NCBI GenBank assembly: GCA_964370675.1
Contig: CAYJKC010000007.1
Coordinates: 959-64,958 of the forward strand
DNA from: an uncultured Desulfovibrionaceae bacterium
GTDB taxonomy: Bacteria > Desulfobacterota > Desulfovibrionia > Desulfovibrionales > Desulfovibrionaceae
Length of the DNA: 64,000 nucleotides
Reading direction: 5' to 3'
Shown: piece by piece, positions 1-9,404 of the stretch
How the letters are laid out: each line of letters opens with the position of its first letter
How positions within the stretch are numbered: position 1 is the first letter of the stretch
The notes under the pieces: model-generated
What the model saw: the letters and a program-made list of their open reading frames with translations, nothing else
Databases searched by the model: none
What the model was told of the DNA's origin: nothing
Program-made: the position numbers and the translations under genes

Positions 1-1997
1 TTGATAATTACCAAGTGCATGGTGAAGTTAAAGGCAAAGACCTTGAAGGTTTAATAGCAAATCATCCTTTTTATGAGCGCAAATCTCCCCTTGTTCTTGG
101 TGAGCATGTAACCCTTGATGCAGGTACAGGTTGCGTACACACTGCTCCAGGACATGGACGCGAAGACTATGAAGTGGGCCTAAAATATAATCTTGAAATT
201 TATTCTCCCTTGGACGATGCAGGACGTTTTTTAGATAGCGTGCAATTTTTTGCTGGTCTAACAGTATTTGAGGCAAACCCTAAAGTGATGGAAAAATTAG
301 AAGAAGTTGGCAACTTACTTGCAGCAGATAATATTAGCCACTCCTACCCCCATTGCTGGCGCTGTAAAGAACCAGTTATTTTTCGCGCCACGACTCAGTG
401 GTTTATTGGCATGGATATTAATGACTTACGCAAGCGTGCTCTCGATGCCATTCGCCAAAAGGTCAAGTGGATTCCGGCTTGGGGCGAAGAACGAATTTAT
501 AATATGATAGAGTTTCGCCCTGATTGGTGTATTTCTCGCCAACGTCAATGGGGTGTGCCTATTATGGCATTGCTCTGTGAGTCTTGTGGCGAGGCATGGC
601 ATGATGCTGAGTGGATGCATAGTATGGCAGAGCGTTTTGCAGGTCATGCCACAGGCTGTGACTATTGGTATGAAGCTGATATTACAGACATTATACCAAA
701 CGACCTTGCTTGCCCACATTGTCAGGCTAAGAAATGGAAAAAAGAAACAGATATTTTGGACGTGTGGTTTGACTCAGGTACCAGCTTTACGGCGGTGGTT
801 GAAAAGCGCAAGGAATGTCAATTCCCAGCGGACCTGTACTTAGAAGGCTCTGACCAACATCGTGGTTGGTTTCACTCATCCTTGCTAGCCTCCATGGCAA
901 CACGCAACACCCCTCCATATAAAGCAGTTTTAACTCATGGCTATGTAGTGGACGGCAGTGGACGTAAAATGTCTAAATCTATTGGTAATGTTATTGCACC
1001 ACAAGAACTTATTGATAAATTTGGAGCAGAAATTATTAGACTTTGGGTATCTTCAGTAGAATATCGCGAAGATATACGCATCTCTGATGAAATATTAAAT
1101 CGCTTAGTAGATGCCTATCGTAGGATACGCAATACTTGCCGCTATTTACTTGGTAATATCAATGATCTTAGTTTTGAGCAGCTAATACCCATAAGCGAGA
1201 TGGAGCCATTAGATCGTCACGCCCTAGATGTTGTTGCAAGAGCGCATATACGCATGCAAAAAGCCTATGCAAGCTTTGAATTTCATAAAATATTTCATAC
1301 CTTGCATAACCTTTGCACCACAGACCTTTCTGCTAACTATTTAGATATATTGAAAGATCGCCTCTATGCTTCTGGAACTAATAGTCAGGAGCGCCGCTCA
1401 GCCCAAACAGCCCTTTGGCATATATTAGGTTTAATTCTTCGTGATATGGCGCCTATTTTAAGCTTCACCGCTGAAGAGGTTCATAATTATATACCCGAAA
1501 GCTTAAAAAACACTGACGTGCAAACAGTTTTTGCCCTGCCCTTGCTTGGTGAGGGCGAGCTAAGCAAGAATTATTTGCTTAATGAAAATGAGCGCGACCA
1601 ATGGGCTAAACTTTTTGCGGTGCGTGCTGCAATTATTAAAGCCATCGAGCCATTGCGTAAGGATGGTAGCATTGGGCACTCTTTAGATACCAAGGTTAAT
1701 TTATTTATCAAACCAGAATTACAAAATATTTTCCAGGACTTACTCAATGACACCTTGGAAGATATGCGCGCCATTTGTATTGTATCACAGCTAAGTATTG
1801 CAGATTTTGCAACAGCACCAAGCGATGCCATCATACCGGAAGATATGGAAGGTATAGCCATTTCGGTGGAGCGTGCTGGAGGTGAAAAATGCGCAAGATG
1901 CTGGATTTATAACACTAACCTAGGAACAGACCCCAATCATCCAAGCCTTTGCCCAAGGTGCACTAAGGTTATGAGTACAGAGAGTCATGCGCTATAA
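1..1997 (+). CDS. ileS: Isoleucyl-tRNA synthetase, C-terminal ~660 aa (5' end lies outside the window)
   Basis: The reading frame is open from base 3. Class I KMSKS loop (RKMSKSIGN), editing and anticodon-binding regions, and C-terminal Zn ribbon (CARCW...CPRC). Followed by lspA, as in most bacteria. Confidence 0.95.
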   Translation, partial: DNYQVHGEVKGKDLEGLIANHPFYERKSPLVLGEHVTLDAGTGCVHTAPGHGREDYEVGLKYNLEIYSPLDDAGRFLDSVQFFAGLTVFEANPKVMEKLEEVGNLLAADNISHSYPHCWRCKEPVIFRATTQWFIGMDINDLRKRALDAIRQKVKWIPAWGEERIYNMIEFRPDWCISRQRQWGVPIMALLCESCGEAWHDAEWMHSMAERFAGHATGCDYWYEADITDIIPNDLACPHCQAKKWKKETDILDVWFDSGTSFTAVVEKRKECQFPADLYLEGSDQHRGWFHSSLLASMATRNTPPYKAVLTHGYVVDGSGRKMSKSIGNVIAPQELIDKFGAEIIRLWVSSVEYREDIRISDEILNRLVDAYRRIRNTCRYLLGNINDLSFEQLIPISEMEPLDRHALDVVARAHIRMQKAYASFEFHKIFHTLHNLCTTDLSANYLDILKDRLYASGTNSQERRSAQTALWHILGLILRDMAPILSFTAEEVHNYIPESLKNTDVQTVFALPLLGEGELSKNYLLNENERDQWAKLFAVRAAIIKAIEPLRKDGSIGHSLDTKVNLFIKPELQNIFQDLLNDTLEDMRAICIVSQLSIADFATAPSDAIIPEDMEGIAISVERAGGEKCARCWIYNTNLGTDPNHPSLCPRCTKVMSTESHAL

Positions 1998-2463
1998 AAT
2001 TGTGCTTGGCATAGCAGGCATTGTCATATTGCTTGACCAATTAAGCAAGTGGTGGGCAGTTACCAGTATACCCTTGCATCGCTCTGTCACTGTTATTGAA
2101 GGTTTTTTTGACCTAGTTAATATTCGCAATCGCGGAGCAGCCTTTGGTTTTTTAAACCGCTCTGATATTGAGTGGCAATTTTGGCTCTTTATGGTAGCAA
2201 CGATCATTGCCGTTGTGAGTATATTTTTCTTGGTGCGTAGCTCCAAACATGATGTCTTACTTTTTACGGCATTGGGTTTAATATTAGGTGGTGCGCTTGG
2301 AAATTTGATAGACCGCATTCGTATGCGCGCTGTCATAGATTTTTTAGATTTTTATGTAGGCAATTGGCATTGGCCAGCCTTTAATGTGGCTGATATTGCC
2401 ATTTGCATTGGGGCATTTCTTACTTGTTTTGCCATGTTCTTAGCAGACAAAAATAAATCGTAG
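1987..2463 (+). CDS. lspA: Lipoprotein signal peptidase (signal peptidase II)
   Basis: 158 aa with four TM segments and the motifs NRGAAFG and FNVADIAI. Overlaps the ileS stop by 11 nt. Confidence 0.9.
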   Translation: MRYKIVLGIAGIVILLDQLSKWWAVTSIPLHRSVTVIEGFFDLVNIRNRGAAFGFLNRSDIEWQFWLFMVATIIAVVSIFFLVRSSKHDVLLFTALGLILGGALGNLIDRIRMRAVIDFLDFYVGNWHWPAFNVADIAICIGAFLTCFAMFLADKNKS

Positions 2464-2471
2464 GTTTTACA

Positions 2472-2717
2472 ATGATAGCATCGTTATTATGGTGGCAATG
2501 GCTCATTTTGATATTACCCATATTGCCTAACTTATGGTCCATATGGCATGTGCGTAATCATTACTTCACAAGTGAGGAGCAAAAATCCATATGGTTTTTA
2601 ATAGCTGTCTTTATTCCGGTCATTGGTGGACTAGCCTATATTCTTATTGGTCAAAAAAGAGCTAGTAAAACCCCTTTACAACAAGACCCAAGTGCATGTA
2701 AGAAAGAAGAAAATTAA
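2472..2717 (+). CDS. Small two-TM membrane protein, PLD N-terminal-domain-like
   Basis: 81 aa. WFLIAVFIPVIGGLAYILIGQKR resembles the cardiolipin-synthase N-terminal (PLDc_N) motif. Confidence 0.5.
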   Translation: MIASLLWWQWLILILPILPNLWSIWHVRNHYFTSEEQKSIWFLIAVFIPVIGGLAYILIGQKRASKTPLQQDPSACKKEEN

Positions 2718-2752
2718 AAAAAGTTATGGATGAATATTATTCATAAAACAAG

Positions 2753-3616
2753 GTGGAAATTATGCCAAGAAAATCTATATTATTAGCAACTTGCTGTTTA
2801 TTCGTTTTTGCTACTGGCTGTGCCAAGCAAGAAGACTATACTACTCTACAACAACAAGTATCTACGCAAAATCAACAATTACGCCAACTTCAACCCGGCA
2901 TGGCTGATAACTGGGCTCAATTGCAAGCCATACGCCAAGATTTAAATGCCATTAAAGGTCAATTAGACGACCTTAATGCCATGGGTGGTGCAAAAAACCT
3001 TGTGGATATAGTTAATAGGCATGATGCTGCCCTTAGACAAGTAGAAAGATCTCTAGCACTTAACCTAAATCTTGATGCACCCATATCACCAACCATAATG
3101 GAAAGTGGTATGGAAGCAGGTATGGAAGGCAGCATAGGCAGTGATGGTGTTTATAGAGATGGTCCACCCCAACAACATCGTGGGACCTTAGCCCTAACTC
3201 CTGTAACCCCACAACCTCCAATGACCCAAGCGCCACAAACCGATATGGCAACAGCTCTATATAATGCTGGAGTAAGCTCTTTTAACGCAAGGCAATATGC
3301 TGAAGCTCAGCGCTCATTTAGTGATTTTACCAAAAACTACCCTAACAATCCTCAAGTGGGTAATGCCTGGTATTATGTAGGTGAATGTAATTTTCAACTA
3401 AATAAATTTAATGACGCAGCCTTAGCCTATGATAAAGTTATTAATAATTATCCCAAAAGCCCCTCAGCGCCCGGTGCATATCTAAAACAAGGTATTAGTT
3501 TTAGTAAACTTGGACAAAAAGCTGCTGCCACAGCACGTTTACAAGAGCTGATTAAAAAGTTCCCCACATCGGCTGAGGCATCAAGAGCAAAATCATTTTT
3601 ACAAACAAACCGTTAA
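2753..3616 (+). CDS. cpoB: YbgF/CpoB-like protein (coiled coil plus C-terminal TPR), with a lipobox
   Basis: Signal peptide with FATGC lipobox, Q-rich coiled coil, Pro/Met-rich linker and C-terminal TPRs (NAWYYVGECNF..., AYLKQGISFSKLGQ). No other tol-pal genes are adjacent. Confidence 0.6.
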   Translation: MEIMPRKSILLATCCLFVFATGCAKQEDYTTLQQQVSTQNQQLRQLQPGMADNWAQLQAIRQDLNAIKGQLDDLNAMGGAKNLVDIVNRHDAALRQVERSLALNLNLDAPISPTIMESGMEAGMEGSIGSDGVYRDGPPQQHRGTLALTPVTPQPPMTQAPQTDMATALYNAGVSSFNARQYAEAQRSFSDFTKNYPNNPQVGNAWYYVGECNFQLNKFNDAALAYDKVINNYPKSPSAPGAYLKQGISFSKLGQKAAATARLQELIKKFPTSAEASRAKSFLQTNR

Positions 3617-3619
3617 GAT

Positions 3620-4063
3620 ATGACAAATAGTTCTAAATTACCAGATCGCAAAGAAGTAATACTTAATTTTGCACCAGATATTTCTAACGAGCCACTAGTA
3701 TGTAGGCTTGTAAGTGACTATGGTCTTTTATTTAATATAATGAAGGCGCAAATTGGTCCACGCAAAGAAGGCAGTTTAACCCTTGAACTCATAGGCAAAA
3801 CGCCAGATATTGAGCGAGGTATTGTCTACCTTAAAAAATGTGGAGTCAAGGTGCTTGGGCTTAAACATGAAGTGCAATTTCATGAGGAGCTTTGCATGCA
3901 CTGTGGTATGTGCACTGCTGTGTGTAAACCTCAAGCTTTGTTTGTAGATACAAATACTAGGCTTACCAACTTTGATTCAAAGCTTTGTATTGCCTGTGGG
4001 TTATGCACAAAGGTATGCCCTGTAAATGCCATGCAAAGAGATGAAGAACAAAAAACGCTGTAA
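3620..4063 (+). CDS. NIL-domain protein fused to a 2x[4Fe-4S] ferredoxin domain
   Basis: N-terminal NIL-like domain (LVCRLVSDYGLLFNIMKAQI...). Two cluster motifs, CMHCGMCTAVC and CIACGLCTKVCP. Confidence 0.7.
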   Translation: MTNSSKLPDRKEVILNFAPDISNEPLVCRLVSDYGLLFNIMKAQIGPRKEGSLTLELIGKTPDIERGIVYLKKCGVKVLGLKHEVQFHEELCMHCGMCTAVCKPQALFVDTNTRLTNFDSKLCIACGLCTKVCPVNAMQRDEEQKTL

Positions 4064-4091
4064 GCATATACATTAAATATAATCTTTCACC

Positions 4092-4137
4092 AAATCCCAT
4101 TAAATTGAAATATTATTTAATGGGATTTTGTTTTTTT
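4092..4137 (+). terminator. Rho-independent terminator after the NIL-ferredoxin gene
   Basis: Perfect 14-bp stem, aaatcccattaaat (4092-4105) with atttaatgggattt (4115-4128), followed by tgttttttt. Confidence 0.75.
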
Positions 4138-4253
4138 AAAAATTTACTAAACAAAAATTTATCTATAGTATTTTAAGTTGACATCACTAGCACATTATGG
4201 CTACAGACACGGCATTGTCATTTCAATAATTTATGCAATGATGTTTGATGTTC

Positions 4254-4326
4254 GGTAAAGTTTTTTTCGCTGCTCGGCACTTTCGCGTTGCTTCACCGCC
4301 GGCTAATTGCTTAAAAAACCTTTCCC
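4254..4326 (+). repeat. Copy A of a ~70-nt conserved intergenic hairpin element (copy B at 44927-44997)
   Basis: ggtaaagttttttt...caccgccggctaattgcttaaaaaacctttccc aligns with copy B at roughly 75-80% identity by eye. Same orientation, 19-nt loop of similar sequence, arms gtttttt/aaaaaac. Confidence 0.6.
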
Positions 4327-4377
4327 AACCTCAAACAGATTTTTGCCAAAACAAGCGTGGCTAAAAAAAGTATAAAA

Positions 4378-5241
4378 TTAGAATGCCGTGTTAGATTCAG
4401 CAATATATTCCATAAAATATGCTACTATATCAAAGCTATAATTGGCATATAAAGCTCTACATCCGACCACATCTTCAACCTCATTAAAAAGCAAGTTTTC
4501 ATCTTCATCAAGGATAAAATCTATGCCTACAAAATCAAAGGATAACGTAGAGCATATTTTTTTTACCTGCTCCTTTTCACAAAAATTAAGTTCATAAGGC
4601 TCAGATTTGCCACCCATAGATATATTAGATTTAAAACTATCATCAGCAACACGTTTAACACTGGAAACTATATTATTATTTATTATATATACACGTATAT
4701 CAATACCACAATTGTTAGAAAACTCCTGTATAATAAACTCTTCGGTAGGAATTTTTGCAATCACTTCTAAAAGTTGTGTTTGGTTATGCACTTTAAATAC
4801 TTCATTGCCTCCATGCCCATTCACTGACTTTAGCACCAGAGGATAATGTAATAGCATATCATAATTAATCAAATTACTTTTATTGCACAATAAAGTATTT
4901 ATAGACTTCACACCTAGACTGTTTACAACTTGATGTGTCCTTGCTTTATTATTACAAACCTCAGTAATATTAGAACTATTAAAAACTCTAATTCCCAATG
5001 CTTCAAAATGATATGCAATACGAGCATCACGAGTTCTATTAATAACGAAGTATGTTTTTTCTAATTTTTTATGCCTATAAGTGATAGATAAGTCACCACC
5101 AAATATAAATAGCTGTAATTCATCAGCAAAAACAAGTTTGATATTAAAGCCGAAATCAATGCCAACATCTTGCAATTTTTTTGCAAACCAAGCGTTTTTA
5201 GCATAATCGCTGCGATTATATATAAGTAGAGCGTCTTTCAT
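4378..5241 (-). CDS. RimK/GshB-type ATP-grasp ligase, paralog B (second gene of the pair)
   Basis: 287 aa. Gly-rich loop KSVNGHGGNEVFKV, and C-terminal metal-site region VGIDFILDEDENLLFNEVEDV. The start overlaps the upstream paralog's stop (ATGA). Confidence 0.75.
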   Translation of the reverse strand: MKDALLIYNRSDYAKNAWFAKKLQDVGIDFGFNIKLVFADELQLFIFGGDLSITYRHKKLEKTYFVINRTRDARIAYHFEALGIRVFNSSNITEVCNNKARTHQVVNSLGVKSINTLLCNKSNLINYDMLLHYPLVLKSVNGHGGNEVFKVHNQTQLLEVIAKIPTEEFIIQEFSNNCGIDIRVYIINNNIVSSVKRVADDSFKSNISMGGKSEPYELNFCEKEQVKKICSTLSFDFVGIDFILDEDENLLFNEVEDVVGCRALYANYSFDIVAYFMEYIAESNTAF

Positions 5242-6137
5242 AATGTTTGTAAAATGTAGTCAATGACATGCTTAGCCACATTGACTGATGTGCACTCAGA
5301 AATATTTTTAATGTGTGCATTAGAATTTACTTCACACAAAATAGGCTCATCTTGCTCCCCAAATAAAATATCCACTCCTGCAAAATCCACATGTAATATC
5401 TTTGCACATCTTAGTGCCATGTCAACAAATTGCTGCGAGGGATCATATGGCTGCATAATACCACCATTGGTAACATTAGCCCTAAAATCATGTTCTGAGG
5501 TACGCAATACTGCGGCAACTACCTTTTGACCAACCACCTGCAAACGAACATCGCGCCCTTTGCTTGATGCAATAAACTCTTGATATATATGAGGCTTTAA
5601 AAGCAACTCTTTTCTTTTATTTTGTAACTCTTGCCTATTATTAATCAAATAAACCTGTGAACCAAATGAGCCATACACTTCTTTAACAATCAATGGATAT
5701 GAAAAATGGCTCTCTATATCTTTTACTACACTTAAACCTGCGTCATGGCTTTCTTCTATAAATCCAGAATAATGCAAATGAGAAATAAGCGTTTTAGGCT
5801 GTTTAATATCGTGCTTAGCTAAGATTTGCGCTGTTAAAAACTTATCATCGCAATTTTGAATAGCAGCGTGTGAATTATACAACTTGTAGCCAAGGCTTTC
5901 CAAATGATATGCTAAACGCAAATCTTTTTCTAAAAACAATATAAAATCTGGCTGTGTTATAGAAGAGTGACTTGAAATTAAATTTTTATTGTGAATTAGG
6001 CTATATATATCAGAGCTCTTAACTGGCTCTAATCTAACATTGTTCTTCTTAGCGGCTTCAATATATAAAGCATGTACTTCCAAAAATTTTTTTGATGCAA
6101 TACTGGTATTATACACTAACCACGCTTTTTTTTGCAT
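5238..6137 (-). CDS. RimK/GshB-type ATP-grasp ligase, paralog A (first gene of the pair)
   Basis: 299 aa. Loop KEVYGSFGSQVYLI, RDVRLQVVG, and the canonical AGVDILF...ILCEVNSN metal-binding motif. AGGA lies 8 nt upstream of the ATG. Confidence 0.75.
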   Translation of the reverse strand: MQKKAWLVYNTSIASKKFLEVHALYIEAAKKNNVRLEPVKSSDIYSLIHNKNLISSHSSITQPDFILFLEKDLRLAYHLESLGYKLYNSHAAIQNCDDKFLTAQILAKHDIKQPKTLISHLHYSGFIEESHDAGLSVVKDIESHFSYPLIVKEVYGSFGSQVYLINNRQELQNKRKELLLKPHIYQEFIASSKGRDVRLQVVGQKVVAAVLRTSEHDFRANVTNGGIMQPYDPSQQFVDMALRCAKILHVDFAGVDILFGEQDEPILCEVNSNAHIKNISECTSVNVAKHVIDYILQTL

Positions 6138-6209
6138 TAACTTATCCTAACAATAGAGTAATATTTTTAAGCTTCATTATAATGACAAAGAACTGAAGTT
6201 TTCAATTGA

Positions 6210-6240
6210 AGTATATTGGACAAAGCTCTATTCAAGTCAA
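6210..6240 (-). promoter_or_regulatory. Candidate sigma70-type promoter for the ATP-grasp pair
   Basis: Minus-strand TTGACT (6240-6235) followed 17-19 nt later by AATATA/TATACT (6217-6210). It lies between the ugd terminator and the ATP-grasp start. Confidence 0.3.
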
Positions 6241-6252
6241 AATAACATAATT

Positions 6253-6289
6253 ATAAAAAACCCTCATAAGGTACATATCCTTATGAGGG
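6253..6289 (-). terminator. Rho-independent terminator of ugd
   Basis: Perfect 11-bp stem, ccctcataagg (6261-6271) with ccttatgaggg (6279-6289). On the minus strand it is followed by TTTTTT (6260-6255). Confidence 0.8.
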
Positions 6290-6317
6290 TTGACTTAGTA
6301 AATTTATTAAATCTATT

Positions 6318-7646
6318 TTATTTTCTGCCCACACAAAAATATGCAAAACCTTTGTCAGCCACATGTTGCGGAGAATATAAATTACGTCCATCAAACATAA
6401 CTGGAGCAACAAGTAAGGTTTTTAATTGCTCATAGTCTGGATTTCTAAATTGATTCCATTCTGTGGCAACTAATAATGCATTGGCATTTTTACATGCTGC
6501 ATATTGATCATCTACAATTTCCACTAAGTTATTACCTTCAAGAATTTTCTTGGCATTTTCATGCGCCACAGGGTCATAGGCAAGCACACGCATACCGGCT
6601 GCAGTTAGTTCTTGAATAATGGTTAGAGAGGCAGCTTCACGCATGTCATCGGTATTGGCTTTAAATGCAAGACCCCACAAGGCAAGAGTTTTACCAGCAA
6701 CACCACCTTGAGGTGCAAAGTACTCCATAATACGCTTTGCCATGCTTTTCTTTTGACGAGCATTAACACTTTCTACAGCATTTAATAGTTCTGGATTAAC
6801 TCCTGCAGCACTAGCAGTATGAATTAAGGCTTTAACATCCTTTGGAAAGCACGACCCACCATAGCCAAGACCTGGATATATAAATTGATAGCCTATGCGT
6901 GAGTCAGAACCAATGCCCATGCGCACATCACGCACATCTGCGCCTACTCTTTCACATATAGTTGCAATTTCATTAATAAATGAGATTTTTGTGGCCAACA
7001 TGCAATTAGCTGCATACTTAGTCATTTCTGCACTACGCACACTCATAACAATTAATTTATCACGAGTGCGGGCAAAAGGAGCATATAATTCACGCATTAC
7101 ATTGGCAGCTTTTTCAGAAGCAGTACCAATTACCACACGATCAGGCTTCATAAAGTCAATTACAGCATCACCTTCTTTCAAAAATTCTGGGTTTGATACC
7201 ACTTCATAGGCAATGCTTGTTTCACGTTCCACTAATTCTTTTTCGATAAGCGAAGAAACTAGGTCAGCCGTACCTACAGGCACGGTGGATTTATCTACAA
7301 CCACAATCTCACGTTGCATGTATTTACCAATATCTCTTGCAACACTTTCTACAAAACGCAAGTCACAAGAACCGTCATCACCTGAAGGAGTGCCTACACA
7401 AATAAAGGCTACATCTGCTTTTTCAAGTCCTTCTTGTAAAGAAGTTGTAAACACTAATCGTCCATCTGCACGACTACGCTGCACAAGATCTTCAAGACCT
7501 GGCTCAAAAATATGTACAAAGCCAGCGTTTAATCTATCCACAACATTGGGATTTACATCAACACACACCACATGATTGCCCATTTCTGCAAAACAGGCTG
7601 CACTAACTAGGCCAACATAGCCAGTTCCAACAATACAAAGATTCAT
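6318..7646 (-). CDS. ugd: UDP-glucose 6-dehydrogenase
   Basis: 442 aa. N-terminal Rossmann motif VGTGYVGLV and catalytic-Cys region GYGGSCFPKD. Confidence 0.92.
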   Translation of the reverse strand: MNLCIVGTGYVGLVSAACFAEMGNHVVCVDVNPNVVDRLNAGFVHIFEPGLEDLVQRSRADGRLVFTTSLQEGLEKADVAFICVGTPSGDDGSCDLRFVESVARDIGKYMQREIVVVDKSTVPVGTADLVSSLIEKELVERETSIAYEVVSNPEFLKEGDAVIDFMKPDRVVIGTASEKAANVMRELYAPFARTRDKLIVMSVRSAEMTKYAANCMLATKISFINEIATICERVGADVRDVRMGIGSDSRIGYQFIYPGLGYGGSCFPKDVKALIHTASAAGVNPELLNAVESVNARQKKSMAKRIMEYFAPQGGVAGKTLALWGLAFKANTDDMREAASLTIIQELTAAGMRVLAYDPVAHENAKKILEGNNLVEIVDDQYAACKNANALLVATEWNQFRNPDYEQLKTLLVAPVMFDGRNLYSPQHVADKGFAYFCVGRK

Positions 7647-7796
7647 GAATGCCTCGATATACTTAATATTAATTTACAATCATTGCTCTAAATATTACAT
7701 TTAAGAAATACTTGACGAGCAAGACAATGCTTGTTCAAATAGTACATATAAAAAAAGCACTCTATACACAAACACAATTTTACGCAATGGAAGAAT

Positions 7797-9404
7797 ATGC
7801 CCATAAATTTGCAAGCTCCCCCCCTGCCCACTCCGACAGAAATGAAACAGTGGGATAATGCCGCCATAAAGCTTGGAATTCCTGAATTTACGCTCATGGA
7901 AAATGCCGCGCGTGCGGCTTTAAATGTTTTACAAAGACTTAAAGGCTGCTTAGCAAATGTTCCTATTTTGCTATTCATGGGCTCTGGTAACAATGGTGGT
8001 GATGCAGCAGCACTTGCTAGACATTTACAAGATATTGGAGCAAAGCCACTGGTTTTGCATATAAAAAACCTGAGCACCTACACTGGCACTTGTGGCAAGC
8101 ACACTAAATTAAGTAAAAAACTTGGTATTCCATTTATCCAAATACCGCAAAAAGGTGAAATAATTTTAGAAAAATTAGTACCACCCCCATGGCACAAACC
8201 ACATATCATTATTGATGGTTTACTTGGAACAGGTTTTAAACCACCTCTACGCCCTCAATTTTTGGCATGTATTAAACTTATAAACAGCCTTGATGCATTT
8301 ATTTTTTCTTTAGACATACCTAGTGCTTATGACACTATAAATCATCATATTGATGATTTAGCAGTTAAAGCCCATGCCACAATTTGCTTTGCTGCGGCTA
8401 AGCCTAGTTTGGTTCTACCTCAAGCTAAAACCTATACTGGCAAGCTTTTTGTGCAAAAAATTGGCATACCCCATACCGTGACTAAACAATATCCAGCATC
8501 ATTTAATTTACTTAGTCCTAAAAAGATAGCTAAACTTCTGCCCACATTGCCAGAGCAAAGCCATAAAGGCATTTGGGGACATATGTTAGTAATAGCAGGT
8601 TCAAAAAATCTTAGTGGTGCAGCTAAGCTGGTAGCCCACGCTGCACTGCGCTCTGGAGCAGGTTTAGTAACAGTGGCTGCACCGAGTATGCTTTGCACTG
8701 AAATAAAAACACATCTACCAGAACTAATGAGTTTTGAACTTGGTGAAGGCTATGCCTGGCCGCATGATCTTTCAGCAAATTTTGTGGAGAAGGTAGCATC
8801 AGTTTCAGCACTAGCCATAGGACCTGGCCTTGGCACAGAAGCAAACACCGCAAATTTTTTAAAAAATATTCTAGCCTTACCCTCACGTCCAAGAGCAGTA
8901 ATTGACGCCGACGCTTTAAATATTTTAGCCGATAATTTGCATTTTTTGAAACTTATCCGAGATGATGACATTCTCACCCCTCACCCAGGCGAAGCTGCAC
9001 GTCTACTTGGCATTAGCAATAAAGAAGTGCAAAATAATCGCACAGAAACTATGCATAAACTTACAACACTTGCTCCTTGCACATGGATATTGAAGGGTGC
9101 AGGGGCATTACTTGCTAAGGGTGCAAGCCCCATATGCATCCTGCCATATGACATTGCAAACCTTGCCATAGCAGGCTCTGGTGATGTTTTAACTGGTTGT
9201 GCTGCAGCTTTTGCAGCATTTAAGCCACCACTGCCATCATTTCAAGCTGCAGCCATTGCCATGACGATCCATGCTTATTGTGGATATATAACACAGCAAA
9301 ACTTCCAAAGGCGCGGCAATATGGCGTCTGATTTAATAGATCTTTTACCAAGCGCAATTGCAAGTATTGCTGATTTTCCTGAGGTTTACGATGAAAACAT
9401 TTAA
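7797..9404 (+). CDS. nnr: Bifunctional NAD(P)H-hydrate repair enzyme (epimerase plus ADP-dependent dehydratase)
   Basis: 535 aa. YjeF_N part (GSGNNGGDA) and carbohydrate-kinase part (GSGDVLTG). Confidence 0.9.
   Translation: MPINLQAPPLPTPTEMKQWDNAAIKLGIPEFTLMENAARAALNVLQRLKGCLANVPILLFMGSGNNGGDAAALARHLQDIGAKPLVLHIKNLSTYTGTCGKHTKLSKKLGIPFIQIPQKGEIILEKLVPPPWHKPHIIIDGLLGTGFKPPLRPQFLACIKLINSLDAFIFSLDIPSAYDTINHHIDDLAVKAHATICFAAAKPSLVLPQAKTYTGKLFVQKIGIPHTVTKQYPASFNLLSPKKIAKLLPTLPEQSHKGIWGHMLVIAGSKNLSGAAKLVAHAALRSGAGLVTVAAPSMLCTEIKTHLPELMSFELGEGYAWPHDLSANFVEKVASVSALAIGPGLGTEANTANFLKNILALPSRPRAVIDADALNILADNLHFLKLIRDDDILTPHPGEAARLLGISNKEVQNNRTETMHKLTTLAPCTWILKGAGALLAKGASPICILPYDIANLAIAGSGDVLTGCAAAFAAFKPPLPSFQAAAIAMTIHAYCGYITQQNFQRRGNMASDLIDLLPSAIASIADFPEVYDENI

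Noticed and set aside
4274-4296. A sigma54-like GGCAC...TTGC string (cggcactttcgcgttgct) inside hairpin-element copy A.
   Set aside because: The GG-to-GC spacing is 12 nt instead of the required 10. Copy B lacks the GG, and no gene lies downstream in the right orientation.
6142-6177. An 11-codon mini-ORF (MKLKNITLLLG) immediately upstream of the first ATP-grasp gene, considered as a graspetide/microviridin-type precursor peptide.
   Set aside because: It is far too short for a leader plus core and has no acidic residue to pair with Thr/Ser/Lys for ester or amide cross-links. No good RBS is visible. Its stop overlaps the AGGA that serves the ATP-grasp gene, so it is most likely chance.
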